64,000 bases of DNA, taken from positions 7,950-71,949 of the forward strand of contig DAHXLH010000029.1 in NCBI GenBank assembly GCA_027366115.1, read 5' to 3'. This document shows positions 1 through 8,294 of the stretch, one piece after another. The notes beneath the pieces were generated by a model. The model had not been told where the DNA came from and searched no databases. It was given only the letters and a program-made list of their open reading frames with translations. Each line of letters opens with the position of its first letter. Position 1 is the first letter of the stretch. The stretch comes from Phycisphaerales bacterium (GTDB lineage Bacteria > Planctomycetota > Phycisphaerae > WQYP01). The position numbers and the translations under genes are program-made.

Positions 1-95
1 AATTATGGGCTGCAACGTGGCGATACATTACGCCACTTCCGATAATGCAAAACATTGGATTATGCCGATACGTATGGGTTAGACGCAGTGCCGTC

Positions 96-166
96 ATGGA
101 GCACCGTGGTGATAACCCGGTGGTTGGTTCATGGCATTGAATCAACCACCGGATTACCATCCGGTG
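96..166. repeat. Structured ~71-nt REP/MITE-like element, copy 1 (upstream of sucA)
   Basis: Sequence atggagcaccgtggtgataacccggtggttggttcatggcattgaatcaaccaccggattaccatccggtg recurs at 3227..3297 at about 92% identity. It has an internal near-perfect inverted repeat ccggtggttggttca / tgaatcaaccaccgg (stem of ~14 bp) and is intergenic. Confidence 0.6.
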
Positions 167-331
167 ATCTCGGAGCGCGGTGCGGGATTGGCCAGTTTTG
201 AGGATAGATAAATTCGCGTTTACGGTTATTTTTATTGGATTTTCCCTTGGACATTTGCCTCTGCGGGCTGAACTATGTAGAACAGAGGATGTGCGGGCGA
301 TAAAAACGCCCTGATTTTCGGAGAAAAAAAC

Positions 332-3196
332 GTGGTTACCTCGGATGTTGCCGGTAGCGATTCTCAAGCATCGCTGGAGGGATTGAGTCCCGAATTTTTG
401 CAAAATCTTTATGAACAATGGAAACTCAAGCCGGAAGCGGTTGATCCGCAATGGCAATGGTTTTTCAGAGGCTTTGACTTGGCGGCTGATCGGCCTGCAT
501 CGCAAGTCGGTGCAGCGGTCACGGCCGCCCCGGCTGCGGAAGGCGAGCCGGATTTGCAGATCTCGGACTTGGTGCATAGCTATAGGGAACTGGGCCATTT
601 AATTGCCGATTTAGACCCGCTGGGGCATAACGCCACAGACCATCCATTATTGAGCCTCAATGAGTTTGGCTTAAGCGAAGCGGATTTAGATCGGACCGTC
701 AATGCGGGAATTTTTGGGGGCGGCGGCCGCGTGCCATTGCGGCAACTGATTGCCATGTTGCGCGCCACGTATTGCGGCACCCTGGCTGTGGAATATATGG
801 ACATACGTGATCCCCAGCAGCGGCAATTTCTACAAGATATCATGGAGCCGACACTCAATAAGCCGGAGCTTTCCGATGCGGATCGCGCCTTTATGATGTC
901 GCGACTGGCGGCATCGGAAGATTTTGAATTATTCCTGCCGCGCCGGCACCCCACCACCAAGCGATTCAGTATTGAAGGCGCGGAATCGCTGATTAATCTG
1001 CTGGATGAGGTGGTGGAAAAAGCGGCCGAAAATGGGGTGGACGAAATTGTCATGGGCATGCCGCACCGCGGCCGGCTTAATGTGCTGGCCCATACCATGC
1101 ACAAGCCCTACGAAATGATTATGGCGGAAGTGTTGGATCGCCCGCAGAAATCCATGGGGGATGGCGATGTGAAATATCACCTGGGCTATGCCCATGATTC
1201 CACCACACGCTGCGGCCGGTCCATGCACTTATCGCTTTCGGCCAATCCGAGTCATCTGGAAATTGTTGACCCCGTGGTGGAAGGCATAGTCCGCGCCAAG
1301 CAAAACCGCAAAGGTGATGTAACGCGGCAGCGTGTCATGCCGGTGTTGATGCATGGGGATGCCGCGTTTACCGGGCAGGGCATTGTGGCCGAGACGCTAT
1401 ATCTTTCGGAACTTGAAGCGTATCGCACGGGCGGTACCGTTCATATTATTGTAAATAATCAGATTGGCTTTACGACCAATCCAAATGATGGGCGTTTTAC
1501 CCGCTATCCCAGCGATGTGGCCAAGGCGATTCAGTCCCCGGTGTTTCATGTCAATGGCGATGATCCGGAAGCGGTGGTGCAGGCCGCTCGTCTGGCGATT
1601 GCCTTTCGTCAGCGTTTCAAGGCGGATGTGATTATTGACCTGGTCTGTTATCGCCGGCGCGGTCACAATGAATTAGATGACCCTGGCGTAACGCAGCCCG
1701 TGATGTATCGGGAAATTTCCAAACACCCCACCACCCGGCAACTTTATGCTAAACGTCTTCTGGAATCCGGGCACATGACACAAGTCCAGCTTGATGACAT
1801 GGCGCGGGAGATTCATGACCGCCTGGATAAGGCGCATGAATACGCGCAAACCTTCAAACCCACCGAAGCCGCACCACCCGTACACGGCCCGTGGAAAGAT
1901 TTGCTGAAAGTCCCGCGCGATATTCGCGATTGGCGCGTGGATACATCCGTAAGCTCCCAGGAACTCCTGAGCATTGCTGAAAAAGTCTGTAAGTTCCCCG
2001 ATACGTTTTCGCCGCATCCGAAAGTGGCACAAATGTACAAGCAGCGGCTGGATGCCGTGCGCAAGGGCGAAGGCATCGACTGGGGCAACGGGGAAATGCT
2101 GGCCATCGGCTCGCTGCTGGATGAAGGCATTTGGGTACGTCTGACCGGGCAGGATGTGTGCCGGGGAACTTTCAGCCATCGCAACGCCGTTATTTTTGAT
2201 TCGGAAACCGGCAATCCATACAATCCCTTGGCGGCCTTCAGCGAAGCCAAGGCACGCTTTACGATTATCAATACCATGCTTTCCGAGTTGGCGGTGGTGG
2301 GTTTTGAATATGGCTTTTCATCCGCGGATCCCCATGCGCTGGTCATGTGGGAGGCGCAATTCGGTGATTTTATCAATATGGCTCAGCCGATCATTGATCA
2401 GTTTCTGGTAAGCGCCGAGACCAAGTGGAGCAAACACAACGGTATGGTCATGCTGTTGCCGCACGGTTATGAAGGGCAGGGGCCGGAACATTCCCATGCC
2501 CGGCTCGAACGATTCCTGCAGTTGGCCGCGGAAGATAATATTCAGGTGTGCAATCCCACCACGCCGGCGCAATATTTTCATCTACTGCGCCGGCAGATGC
2601 ACCGCAGTTTCCGCAAGCCGCTGATTGTCATGGCACCCAAAAGTCTGCTTAGAAACAAAATGGCGGTGTCGCGGCTGGAGGAATTCAGCGGCGGGCAATT
2701 TGAAGAAATCATCGACGAGACCTCCAAGCTCGATCGCTCACGCGTGCGGCGTGTGCTGGTTTGCAGCGGGAAAATTTATTATGAACTTCTGGCGGAGCGT
2801 GATAAAAATCATATTACCGATATCGCCATTCTTCGCCTGGAACAAATTTATCCCTTTTATGCGGATCGCCTTACCGAAATCGCGCGCACGTATCCCAAAG
2901 GTGTGGAAATGGTATGGGTTCAGGAAGAACCGCGCAACAATGGGGTGTATCCATTTATCGGGGCGAAATTGCATTATCATTGGCCGGGCATGCAAAAATT
3001 GACGTATATCGGGCGCAAGCCGTCGAGTTCGCCGGCGGCCGGTTCGCATGAACGCCACGTGAATGAACAGGCGGAAATATTGGCCCGAGCGCTGAATTTG
3101 TCGGTTGCGGATGTGGTGGGCAAGGAACATGCCCCAGCAGGCCAATCCCGCCCCAGCGAAGTGGAAGTGCGGGAAGGCGCTCCGATGGCGAAATAA
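332..3196 (+). CDS. sucA: 2-oxoglutarate dehydrogenase E1 component
   Basis: 954-aa ORF. The N-terminal 2-oxoglutarate dehydrogenase region (...LYEQWKLKPEAVDPQW...), the ThDP-binding region and the transketolase-like C-terminal domain look like SucA over the full length. GTG start with GGAG 9 nt upstream. The E2 gene follows. Confidence 0.93.
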   Translation: MVTSDVAGSDSQASLEGLSPEFLQNLYEQWKLKPEAVDPQWQWFFRGFDLAADRPASQVGAAVTAAPAAEGEPDLQISDLVHSYRELGHLIADLDPLGHNATDHPLLSLNEFGLSEADLDRTVNAGIFGGGGRVPLRQLIAMLRATYCGTLAVEYMDIRDPQQRQFLQDIMEPTLNKPELSDADRAFMMSRLAASEDFELFLPRRHPTTKRFSIEGAESLINLLDEVVEKAAENGVDEIVMGMPHRGRLNVLAHTMHKPYEMIMAEVLDRPQKSMGDGDVKYHLGYAHDSTTRCGRSMHLSLSANPSHLEIVDPVVEGIVRAKQNRKGDVTRQRVMPVLMHGDAAFTGQGIVAETLYLSELEAYRTGGTVHIIVNNQIGFTTNPNDGRFTRYPSDVAKAIQSPVFHVNGDDPEAVVQAARLAIAFRQRFKADVIIDLVCYRRRGHNELDDPGVTQPVMYREISKHPTTRQLYAKRLLESGHMTQVQLDDMAREIHDRLDKAHEYAQTFKPTEAAPPVHGPWKDLLKVPRDIRDWRVDTSVSSQELLSIAEKVCKFPDTFSPHPKVAQMYKQRLDAVRKGEGIDWGNGEMLAIGSLLDEGIWVRLTGQDVCRGTFSHRNAVIFDSETGNPYNPLAAFSEAKARFTIINTMLSELAVVGFEYGFSSADPHALVMWEAQFGDFINMAQPIIDQFLVSAETKWSKHNGMVMLLPHGYEGQGPEHSHARLERFLQLAAEDNIQVCNPTTPAQYFHLLRRQMHRSFRKPLIVMAPKSLLRNKMAVSRLEEFSGGQFEEIIDETSKLDRSRVRRVLVCSGKIYYELLAERDKNHITDIAILRLEQIYPFYADRLTEIARTYPKGVEMVWVQEEPRNNGVYPFIGAKLHYHWPGMQKLTYIGRKPSSSPAAGSHERHVNEQAEILARALNLSVADVVGKEHAPAGQSRPSEVEVREGAPMAK

Positions 3197-3226
3197 AGGC
3201 GGAGCGGATCCGCGGCGCAACGTGTG

Positions 3227-3297
3227 ATGGAGCACCGTGGTGATAACCCGGTGGTTGGTTCGTGGCACCAGATCAACCACCGGATTACCATCCGGTG
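3227..3297. repeat. Structured ~71-nt REP/MITE-like element, copy 2 (between sucA and sucB)
   Basis: Near-identical to 96..166 (differences cat to cgt and cattgaat to accagat). Same hairpin-forming inverted repeat. Lies in the sucA-sucB intergenic spacer. Confidence 0.6.
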
Positions 3298-3404
3298 CTC
3301 GGCGGGACGCTTTTCGGTTGCGCACCGGCGCGTTATAAGAGACGGCCGGTTAGGAAATATGCCGCGAGGCTAGGTCACAAAAATCATGAAAGAATCTATA
3401 CATT

Positions 3405-4661
3405 ATGAGTAACACACTTGTAGATTTGTTTGTTCCGGGACTGGGGGAATCTGTTACCGAGGCCCGCATTGCCAGTTGGGTAAAAGCCGATGGCGATGCC
3501 GTGCTCGCTGATGACGTGGTGGCGGAATTAGAAACTGATAAAGCCACGGTTGAATTGCCCGCCGGCGCGCAGGGAGTGCTACGTATCGTCAAAGCCGCCG
3601 GCCAGACGGTTAATGTCGGTGACGTGGTTGCGCGCGTTGAACCGGGAGCCAAGCCAGCCGCTAAAAGTCCCACGGCCGCTCCGGCGACGGCTGGACCAAA
3701 AGCCGTTGGCGGTGACAAGGCCGCGGGTAAAACGCTTTCACCCGCGGTGGAGCGCATGGTGAAGGAAAACAATATTGACCCCGCAACGGTTTCTCCCACG
3801 GGTCCTGGCAATCGCATTACCAAAGGGGATGTGGTGCAGTTTTTGGAGGCACGTGGTAGTGCGCCGGCTCCAGGGGTCGCTGCGCCGCCGGCTTCGGCAG
3901 CGCGGCCAACGCCGGTTAAGCCGGGGGTCGCGGCCCGGGCCCCGGCCATTCAAGCCGATGGCCCGGAAGAAACACGCGTGGAGATGTCCAAATTACGTGA
4001 AACCATTGCCCGCCGCCTGGTTGAAGCGCAGCACAGCGCGGCCATCCTGACCACCTTCAATGAAATTGACATGTCCGCCGTCATGGCCTTGCGTGAGAAA
4101 TATAAAGAGAAATTTGAAAAAACGCACAGTGTGGGCCTGGGTTTCCTCTCCTTTTTCGCCCGGGCCGTCTGCGCCGCGGCCAAGGCTGTCCCCATTGTTA
4201 ATGCCCAACTGCAAAATCGGATTGTTATTTATAAAAACAATGTGCACCTGGGCGTGGCGGTGGCTACGGAAAAAGGCTTGGTGGTGCCGGTGGTGCGCTA
4301 TGCCAATAAACTGTCCATGGCCCAGATTGAAGCGGAAATTAAACGCCTGGCCCAACGCGCCCGCGAAGGAAAAATTACGCTCGATGAACTGGGCGGCGGC
4401 ACGTTTACGATCACCAACGGCGGCGTATTCGGCTCGCTGTTGTCCACGCCGATTCTCAATCCGCCGCAGAGCGCCATTCTGGGCCTGCATAAAATTGAAA
4501 AACGTGCCGTCGTGGTGAACGATCAAATTGTCATCCGGCCGATGATGTATGCGGCACTTTCTTACGATCATCGCATCATTGACGGGCAGCAGGCGGTGAG
4601 CTTTCTGGTACACATAAAAGAATCGCTGGAAGACCCCACAAGGTTGCTGCTGGAGATTTGA
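3405..4661 (+). CDS. sucB: Dihydrolipoyllysine-residue succinyltransferase (E2) of the 2-oxoglutarate dehydrogenase complex
   Basis: N-terminal lipoyl domain ([13 protein letters not shown]), Ala/Pro linker, E3-binding domain (ITKGDV) and catalytic domain ending in the DHRIIDG motif. Immediately downstream of sucA. Confidence 0.92.
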   Translation: MSNTLVDLFVPGLGESVTEARIASWVKADGDAVLADDVVAELETDKATVELPAGAQGVLRIVKAAGQTVNVGDVVARVEPGAKPAAKSPTAAPATAGPKAVGGDKAAGKTLSPAVERMVKENNIDPATVSPTGPGNRITKGDVVQFLEARGSAPAPGVAAPPASAARPTPVKPGVAARAPAIQADGPEETRVEMSKLRETIARRLVEAQHSAAILTTFNEIDMSAVMALREKYKEKFEKTHSVGLGFLSFFARAVCAAAKAVPIVNAQLQNRIVIYKNNVHLGVAVATEKGLVVPVVRYANKLSMAQIEAEIKRLAQRAREGKITLDELGGGTFTITNGGVFGSLLSTPILNPPQSAILGLHKIEKRAVVVNDQIVIRPMMYAALSYDHRIIDGQQAVSFLVHIKESLEDPTRLLLEI

Positions 4662-4772
4662 TAAAATCTGTCACGCGCTTGTATGGCGGCCCTACGTCAT
4701 GGCACTGTTTTGCGCCGTGACACGAGAGGTGATTTACCATATCCCGCCAAGGCGCGATACACTATGGCTCAC

Positions 4773-4846
4773 GCGCTCGTAGCTCAATTGGATAGAGCAT
4801 CCGCCTTCTAAGCGGACGGTTGTGGGTTCGATTCCCGCCGGGCGCA
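4773..4846 (+). tRNA. tRNA-Arg (anticodon TCT)
   Basis: Cloverleaf folded by hand: acceptor GCGCTCG/CGGGCGC, D-arm GCTC..GAGC, anticodon stem TCCGC/GCGGA with loop CTTCTAA (anticodon TCT), T-arm GTGGG-TTCGATT-CCCGC, discriminator A. CCA is not encoded. Confidence 0.85.
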
Positions 4847-5155
4847 TTTTTGCCAAAGGCAAAAATAGAGCAGGAGTTCGGAGAGAGTAGATAGTAGAGC
4901 ACATTCGGCTGGCGCATAAGAGGCTGCCGCCGAGACACGTGGCTCCTCCTGCGGTCTACTGCTCTACTCTCTACTGCTCAAGCCCCGATAGAGCAGGCGA
5001 GAGTAGAGCAAATCCGGCTGGGGCCAACGAGCGGCTGTCGCCGAGACAACGCCGTCCCTCCTGCGATCACCTGTTCACCTGGTCAGATTTTTTTGCCATC
5101 AGGAAAAAAATAGAGCAGATGTTTTTTAGAACAGTTGAGCAGTAGCGCAAATAAG
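4847..5155. repeat. Composite direct/inverted repeat cluster built around (A/G)TAGAGCA motifs, immediately 3' of tRNA-Arg
   Basis: Motif TAGAGCA(G) occurs at least 7 times in both orientations, near 4866, 4895, 4959(-), 4990, 5005, 5111 and 5138. Direct repeat ttttgcca..aaaatagagcag at ~4848 and ~5089. A ~65-nt imperfect direct repeat gagagtaga..tagagca-N-ccgagaca-N-cctcctgcg at 4881..4952 and 4999..5065. Inverted copy tctactgctctactctctactgctc at 4955..4980. Confidence 0.6.
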
Positions 5156-5243
5156 GTTGGGAGTAATAGTAAGTGAAATACATTTGTATCCCATCTTCCC
5201 GGCGCAGCCGCCGCCTCTCCATGCCAAGGCGGTATTCGTGGCG

Positions 5244-7046
5244 TCATTTTTGGACCCCGTTCCGGGCAACACTTGCCTTGCGACTCCTCCGCAAGGAGGA
5301 TATTGGATAGACCCAGACGCCGGCAGTGTGCAGCGGATGGTGCGAGACGTTTTTAAGCACCGCAGCGTATTGAGGCTTGTCAACATCCGGAACAACAATT
5401 GCGCCAACGTGGAAGCGCCTGGCAAACGCGGCCAGTTCCGCATGATAATGTACGGGAGCCGTGGCTGCATAGAACGCTTGGGGGATCGTCTGCTGCGCGT
5501 AAGGACCGGTGAGGGCCAGATAGCCGCCGGCCAGACGAAAATAAAATCCCGTCTCCGCCTGCCAAATCATGCTGTCTCCATTAATTCCGTAGGGCAGCGC
5601 GACAATATTTTCTCCCGGCATAAGGCTGGCTCTAACTGCAGGCCCTGTAAAAAAAGAAGGGTTTGGCGGGCGCACCGCCCATAAACCGGCAGCTATATTG
5701 GGGAACATGGTGGCCGCGACCAGAAGGCCAAGCGCCGCACGGAAAGCCGGACGCCGTCGCGATTTCGTCAGCCACCACGCGGCAATCAAGGCCGTTACCA
5801 GACTGACATACAGGCTCAATCGTGCAGGAAGCGCCTTTTGCAGCACGGGGATATGCCCAAGCAGGCTCCACGGCAAGGCAATGGGAAGGTTCCATCCGGC
5901 GACGGTCAGATACGGCCCCAGACTCAGGAGCACCATTCCCAGTAGCAGCAACAGCAGGAAGCACGCGGCCGGCTTTTTACGGAACTCCCAGCCGTACAAT
6001 CCCACCAGCACCAGCAGCGGCAATCCGATGTACGCAGATTGCTCGGGAAGGAAGCCGGAAAAGCGGCGGGATACAAACGCCATCGTATCACCACCCGCCC
6101 AGAGAGTCCGGGTAGGAATCAGGAGGTTGGCGGCATCGGCGCTAAAATCCCGTGCCGGATGGATTAGCTCCGGCTGTCGGCCCAATTCGGTGAACATCAC
6201 GTAGAGAATGGGGGAGAGCATAACCCCAATGACCACCATGCTGGTCAACGTGCAGGCGAAAAGGCGGTAAAGCCTCTTCCGCGTCTCGCTATCTCTCCAG
6301 CATATTATCGCGGCGATGGCGGCGATGATCCCGGTGAGCACCGTTGTGGCAAAGAGTTCCGTGGAAGTCAGAAACAGCACTATTCCGGCAGCGGAGAACC
6401 AGCCGGTAAAGCGCCGGGGCGATATTGTATTTTTCATGTAGCGAATTACCAGCAGCGTCATCAGGGGAATCATCCAGACACAATAAAGGTTCGGCCGCCC
6501 CATCAGCTCCGCCATGACATAGGGAGAAAATCCGAACAGCCATCCGCCCAGTGCCGCAGCCGGCAACTTGGCCCCAATCTGTCGGCATGTCATCAGTGCG
6601 GAAAAGGAATTGAGGACAGGGGCGGCAACCGCCAGCAGGTTGTAGCTGATTATTGGTCCCAACGTCAGCGTAACGGGGGCCAACAAAAGTGCCAACACGG
6701 GCGCGGATTGTGTCCAAGCCAGACTTTGTCCCGTGGGTGCCCAGACTTGGCTGGTGAATAGAGGGTTCAGACCATGACTTAGTGCAAAGGGCCACCAGGC
6801 GTAAAACCACATTGCCTGGGAGGCATCAGCAATCTGATGGGCGACAAGCATGGTGGAAAAATTGAAGTTGATGGGGATCAGGAGGCCGGCCGCACAGAGA
6901 ATATAAACAACCAACACGGCCGCAGGCTGCAGGCAGTACGGGAAAGTCGAGAGAAACGATATCAAGCCTCGCTTTTCTTGCGAAGTGGTTTGAGGGCGCG
7001 TTTCCTCGTGTCGCTTTGCATCCATGCTGTCCGCTTGTTTGTTCAT
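5244..7046 (-). CDS. Polytopic integral membrane protein with C-terminal soluble domain (possible GT-C-type glycosyltransferase-like; function unassigned)
   Basis: 600-aa ORF with 10 or more predicted hydrophobic helices in the first ~430 aa (WFYAWWPFALSHGLNPL, LLLLLLGMVLLSLGPYL...) and a ~170-aa hydrophilic C-terminus. No motif I can name with confidence. Confidence 0.55.
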   Translation of the reverse strand: MNKQADSMDAKRHEETRPQTTSQEKRGLISFLSTFPYCLQPAAVLVVYILCAAGLLIPINFNFSTMLVAHQIADASQAMWFYAWWPFALSHGLNPLFTSQVWAPTGQSLAWTQSAPVLALLLAPVTLTLGPIISYNLLAVAAPVLNSFSALMTCRQIGAKLPAAALGGWLFGFSPYVMAELMGRPNLYCVWMIPLMTLLVIRYMKNTISPRRFTGWFSAAGIVLFLTSTELFATTVLTGIIAAIAAIICWRDSETRKRLYRLFACTLTSMVVIGVMLSPILYVMFTELGRQPELIHPARDFSADAANLLIPTRTLWAGGDTMAFVSRRFSGFLPEQSAYIGLPLLVLVGLYGWEFRKKPAACFLLLLLLGMVLLSLGPYLTVAGWNLPIALPWSLLGHIPVLQKALPARLSLYVSLVTALIAAWWLTKSRRRPAFRAALGLLVAATMFPNIAAGLWAVRPPNPSFFTGPAVRASLMPGENIVALPYGINGDSMIWQAETGFYFRLAGGYLALTGPYAQQTIPQAFYAATAPVHYHAELAAFARRFHVGAIVVPDVDKPQYAAVLKNVSHHPLHTAGVWVYPISSLRRSRKASVARNGVQK

Positions 7047-7542
7047 GTCCTGCTACCTCAGGTGAACAGCCTGGGCGAGAGAACTGCCCTGCCCCCGAAT
7101 GGCGGCGTGCCTCGGCCACTGCCCAACTGATCCCGCGACGTGCCGCTGCCTCAGTTGCGCCGAGAATGGGTTAATCATTTCGAGCCAGCCGGGGCGGACC
7201 CGCATTGGCCAATCCGCCGAGCCGCGGCGCTCCAGCGGATGCACCCTGCAAAACATTTTACGGCTAATCGTCCGGTGGGGTGCAATAGAGCGGAATTTAG
7301 CAAGGTGAACGGAGCCTATTCCGCTGGAACCGGCTGAGTGGCTCGTGCTGACGCGAGAAAGCTCGTCCTGCAGGCGGATGGAGCAAGGGACAGGCTCCTC
7401 TCGCAAACCAACCTGAAACTAGAATCGCGACAGTCACCGGAACCTGCCGGTGGCCTTCATTTCCAGCTCATTATCCTCCGCCTGCTATCGGCGAAGCACG
7501 AACCCCGCGGCACGCCGGTTGGGCCGCTTTGGGGTGCCACGG

Positions 7543-8178
7543 TTATTTCGCGGCCTGATAAATTTCGGCAACTTTGGCCCAGTTGACCACTTCCCACCAA
7601 TTGGTGATGTACTCAGGCCGGCGGTTTTGATATTTGAGGTAATAGGCGTGTTCCCATACATCCAGGCCCATGATCGGCTTGCCCGACAGGCCGCAAACCG
7701 CGTCGCCCATCAGCGGATTATCTTGATTGGCGGTTGAACCAATGGCCAGTTTGCCATTCTTCAGAACCAGCCAGGACCAACCGGAGCCAAAGCGTTTGGT
7801 CGCGGCTTCGCCGAAACGGGTCTTGAAGTCAGCAAAGGATCCAAAGGAGGAGTTAATCGCGGCCGCCAGGTCGCCGGTCGGCTCGCCGCCGCCACCCTTG
7901 CCCTTGGGGGCCATGATTTGCCAGAACATGCTGTGATTGGCATGACCGCCACCGTTGTTGCGTACGGCGGTACGAATATCTTCAGGCACGGAAGCGAGGT
8001 CGGCGATCAGCGCTTCCACGCTTTTGCTTTCCAACGCGGACTTACCGGCGACGGCATTGTTCAGATTGGTAACATAGGCACCGTGATGTTTGCCGTGGTG
8101 AATCTGCATGGTTTGCGTATCAATGACTGGTTCCAATGCGCTAAAGTCATAGGGTAAAGAAGGAAGTTGAAAAGCCAT
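7543..8178 (-). CDS. sodB: Superoxide dismutase (Fe/Mn family; DVWEHAYY favours Fe-type)
   Basis: 211 aa. Canonical Fe/Mn-SOD metal ligands and motifs [25 protein letters not shown] and AIGSTANQD. Confidence 0.92.
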   Translation of the reverse strand: MAFQLPSLPYDFSALEPVIDTQTMQIHHGKHHGAYVTNLNNAVAGKSALESKSVEALIADLASVPEDIRTAVRNNGGGHANHSMFWQIMAPKGKGGGGEPTGDLAAAINSSFGSFADFKTRFGEAATKRFGSGWSWLVLKNGKLAIGSTANQDNPLMGDAVCGLSGKPIMGLDVWEHAYYLKYQNRRPEYITNWWEVVNWAKVAEIYQAAK

Positions 8179-8294
8179 AAGGGTACTCCTGAAAACAATT
8201 TACTCATCCAACCAGCCACTTACGTGCGGCAGTATTTTCACTCTCATAATTGTAGCACAATTCCGCACACGTCAAGGCCGTAATGCGGGGGAAA

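Noticed and set aside
1-45. Possible 3' end of an upstream plus-strand gene (…NYGLQRGDTLRHFR*) at the window edge
   Set aside because: Only 14 codons are visible. The weak LysM-like resemblance (GDTL) is insufficient to call a feature.
580-1104. Long antisense and alternative-frame ORFs throughout the window (for example 580..1104-, 1813..2376-, 2738..3325-, 3350..3949-, 3993..4613-, 28322..29161+, 33822..34325+, 35402..36184+, 50586..51170-, 51167..51742-, 53826..54440+, 61279..61941-)
   Set aside because: Each lies within a CDS on the other strand or frame that has full-length family similarity. The translations are Arg/Ala/Gly-rich and low-complexity, typical of GC-rich shadow ORFs.
4939-5145. 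68-aa ORF inside the tRNA-adjacent repeat cluster
   Set aside because: It spans the TAGAGCA direct and inverted repeats. Its composition is not protein-like, and the repeats explain the open frame.
4847-5155. Possible CRISPR array
   Set aside because: The repeat units differ in length and identity. They include inverted copies and lack regular repeat-spacer periodicity. No cas genes are present.
7053-7406. 117-aa minus-strand ORF in the long gap upstream of the membrane-protein gene
   Set aside because: The composition is Arg/Ser/Gly-rich, there is no SD, and the sequence overlaps other equally poor ORFs. It is treated as non-coding leader.
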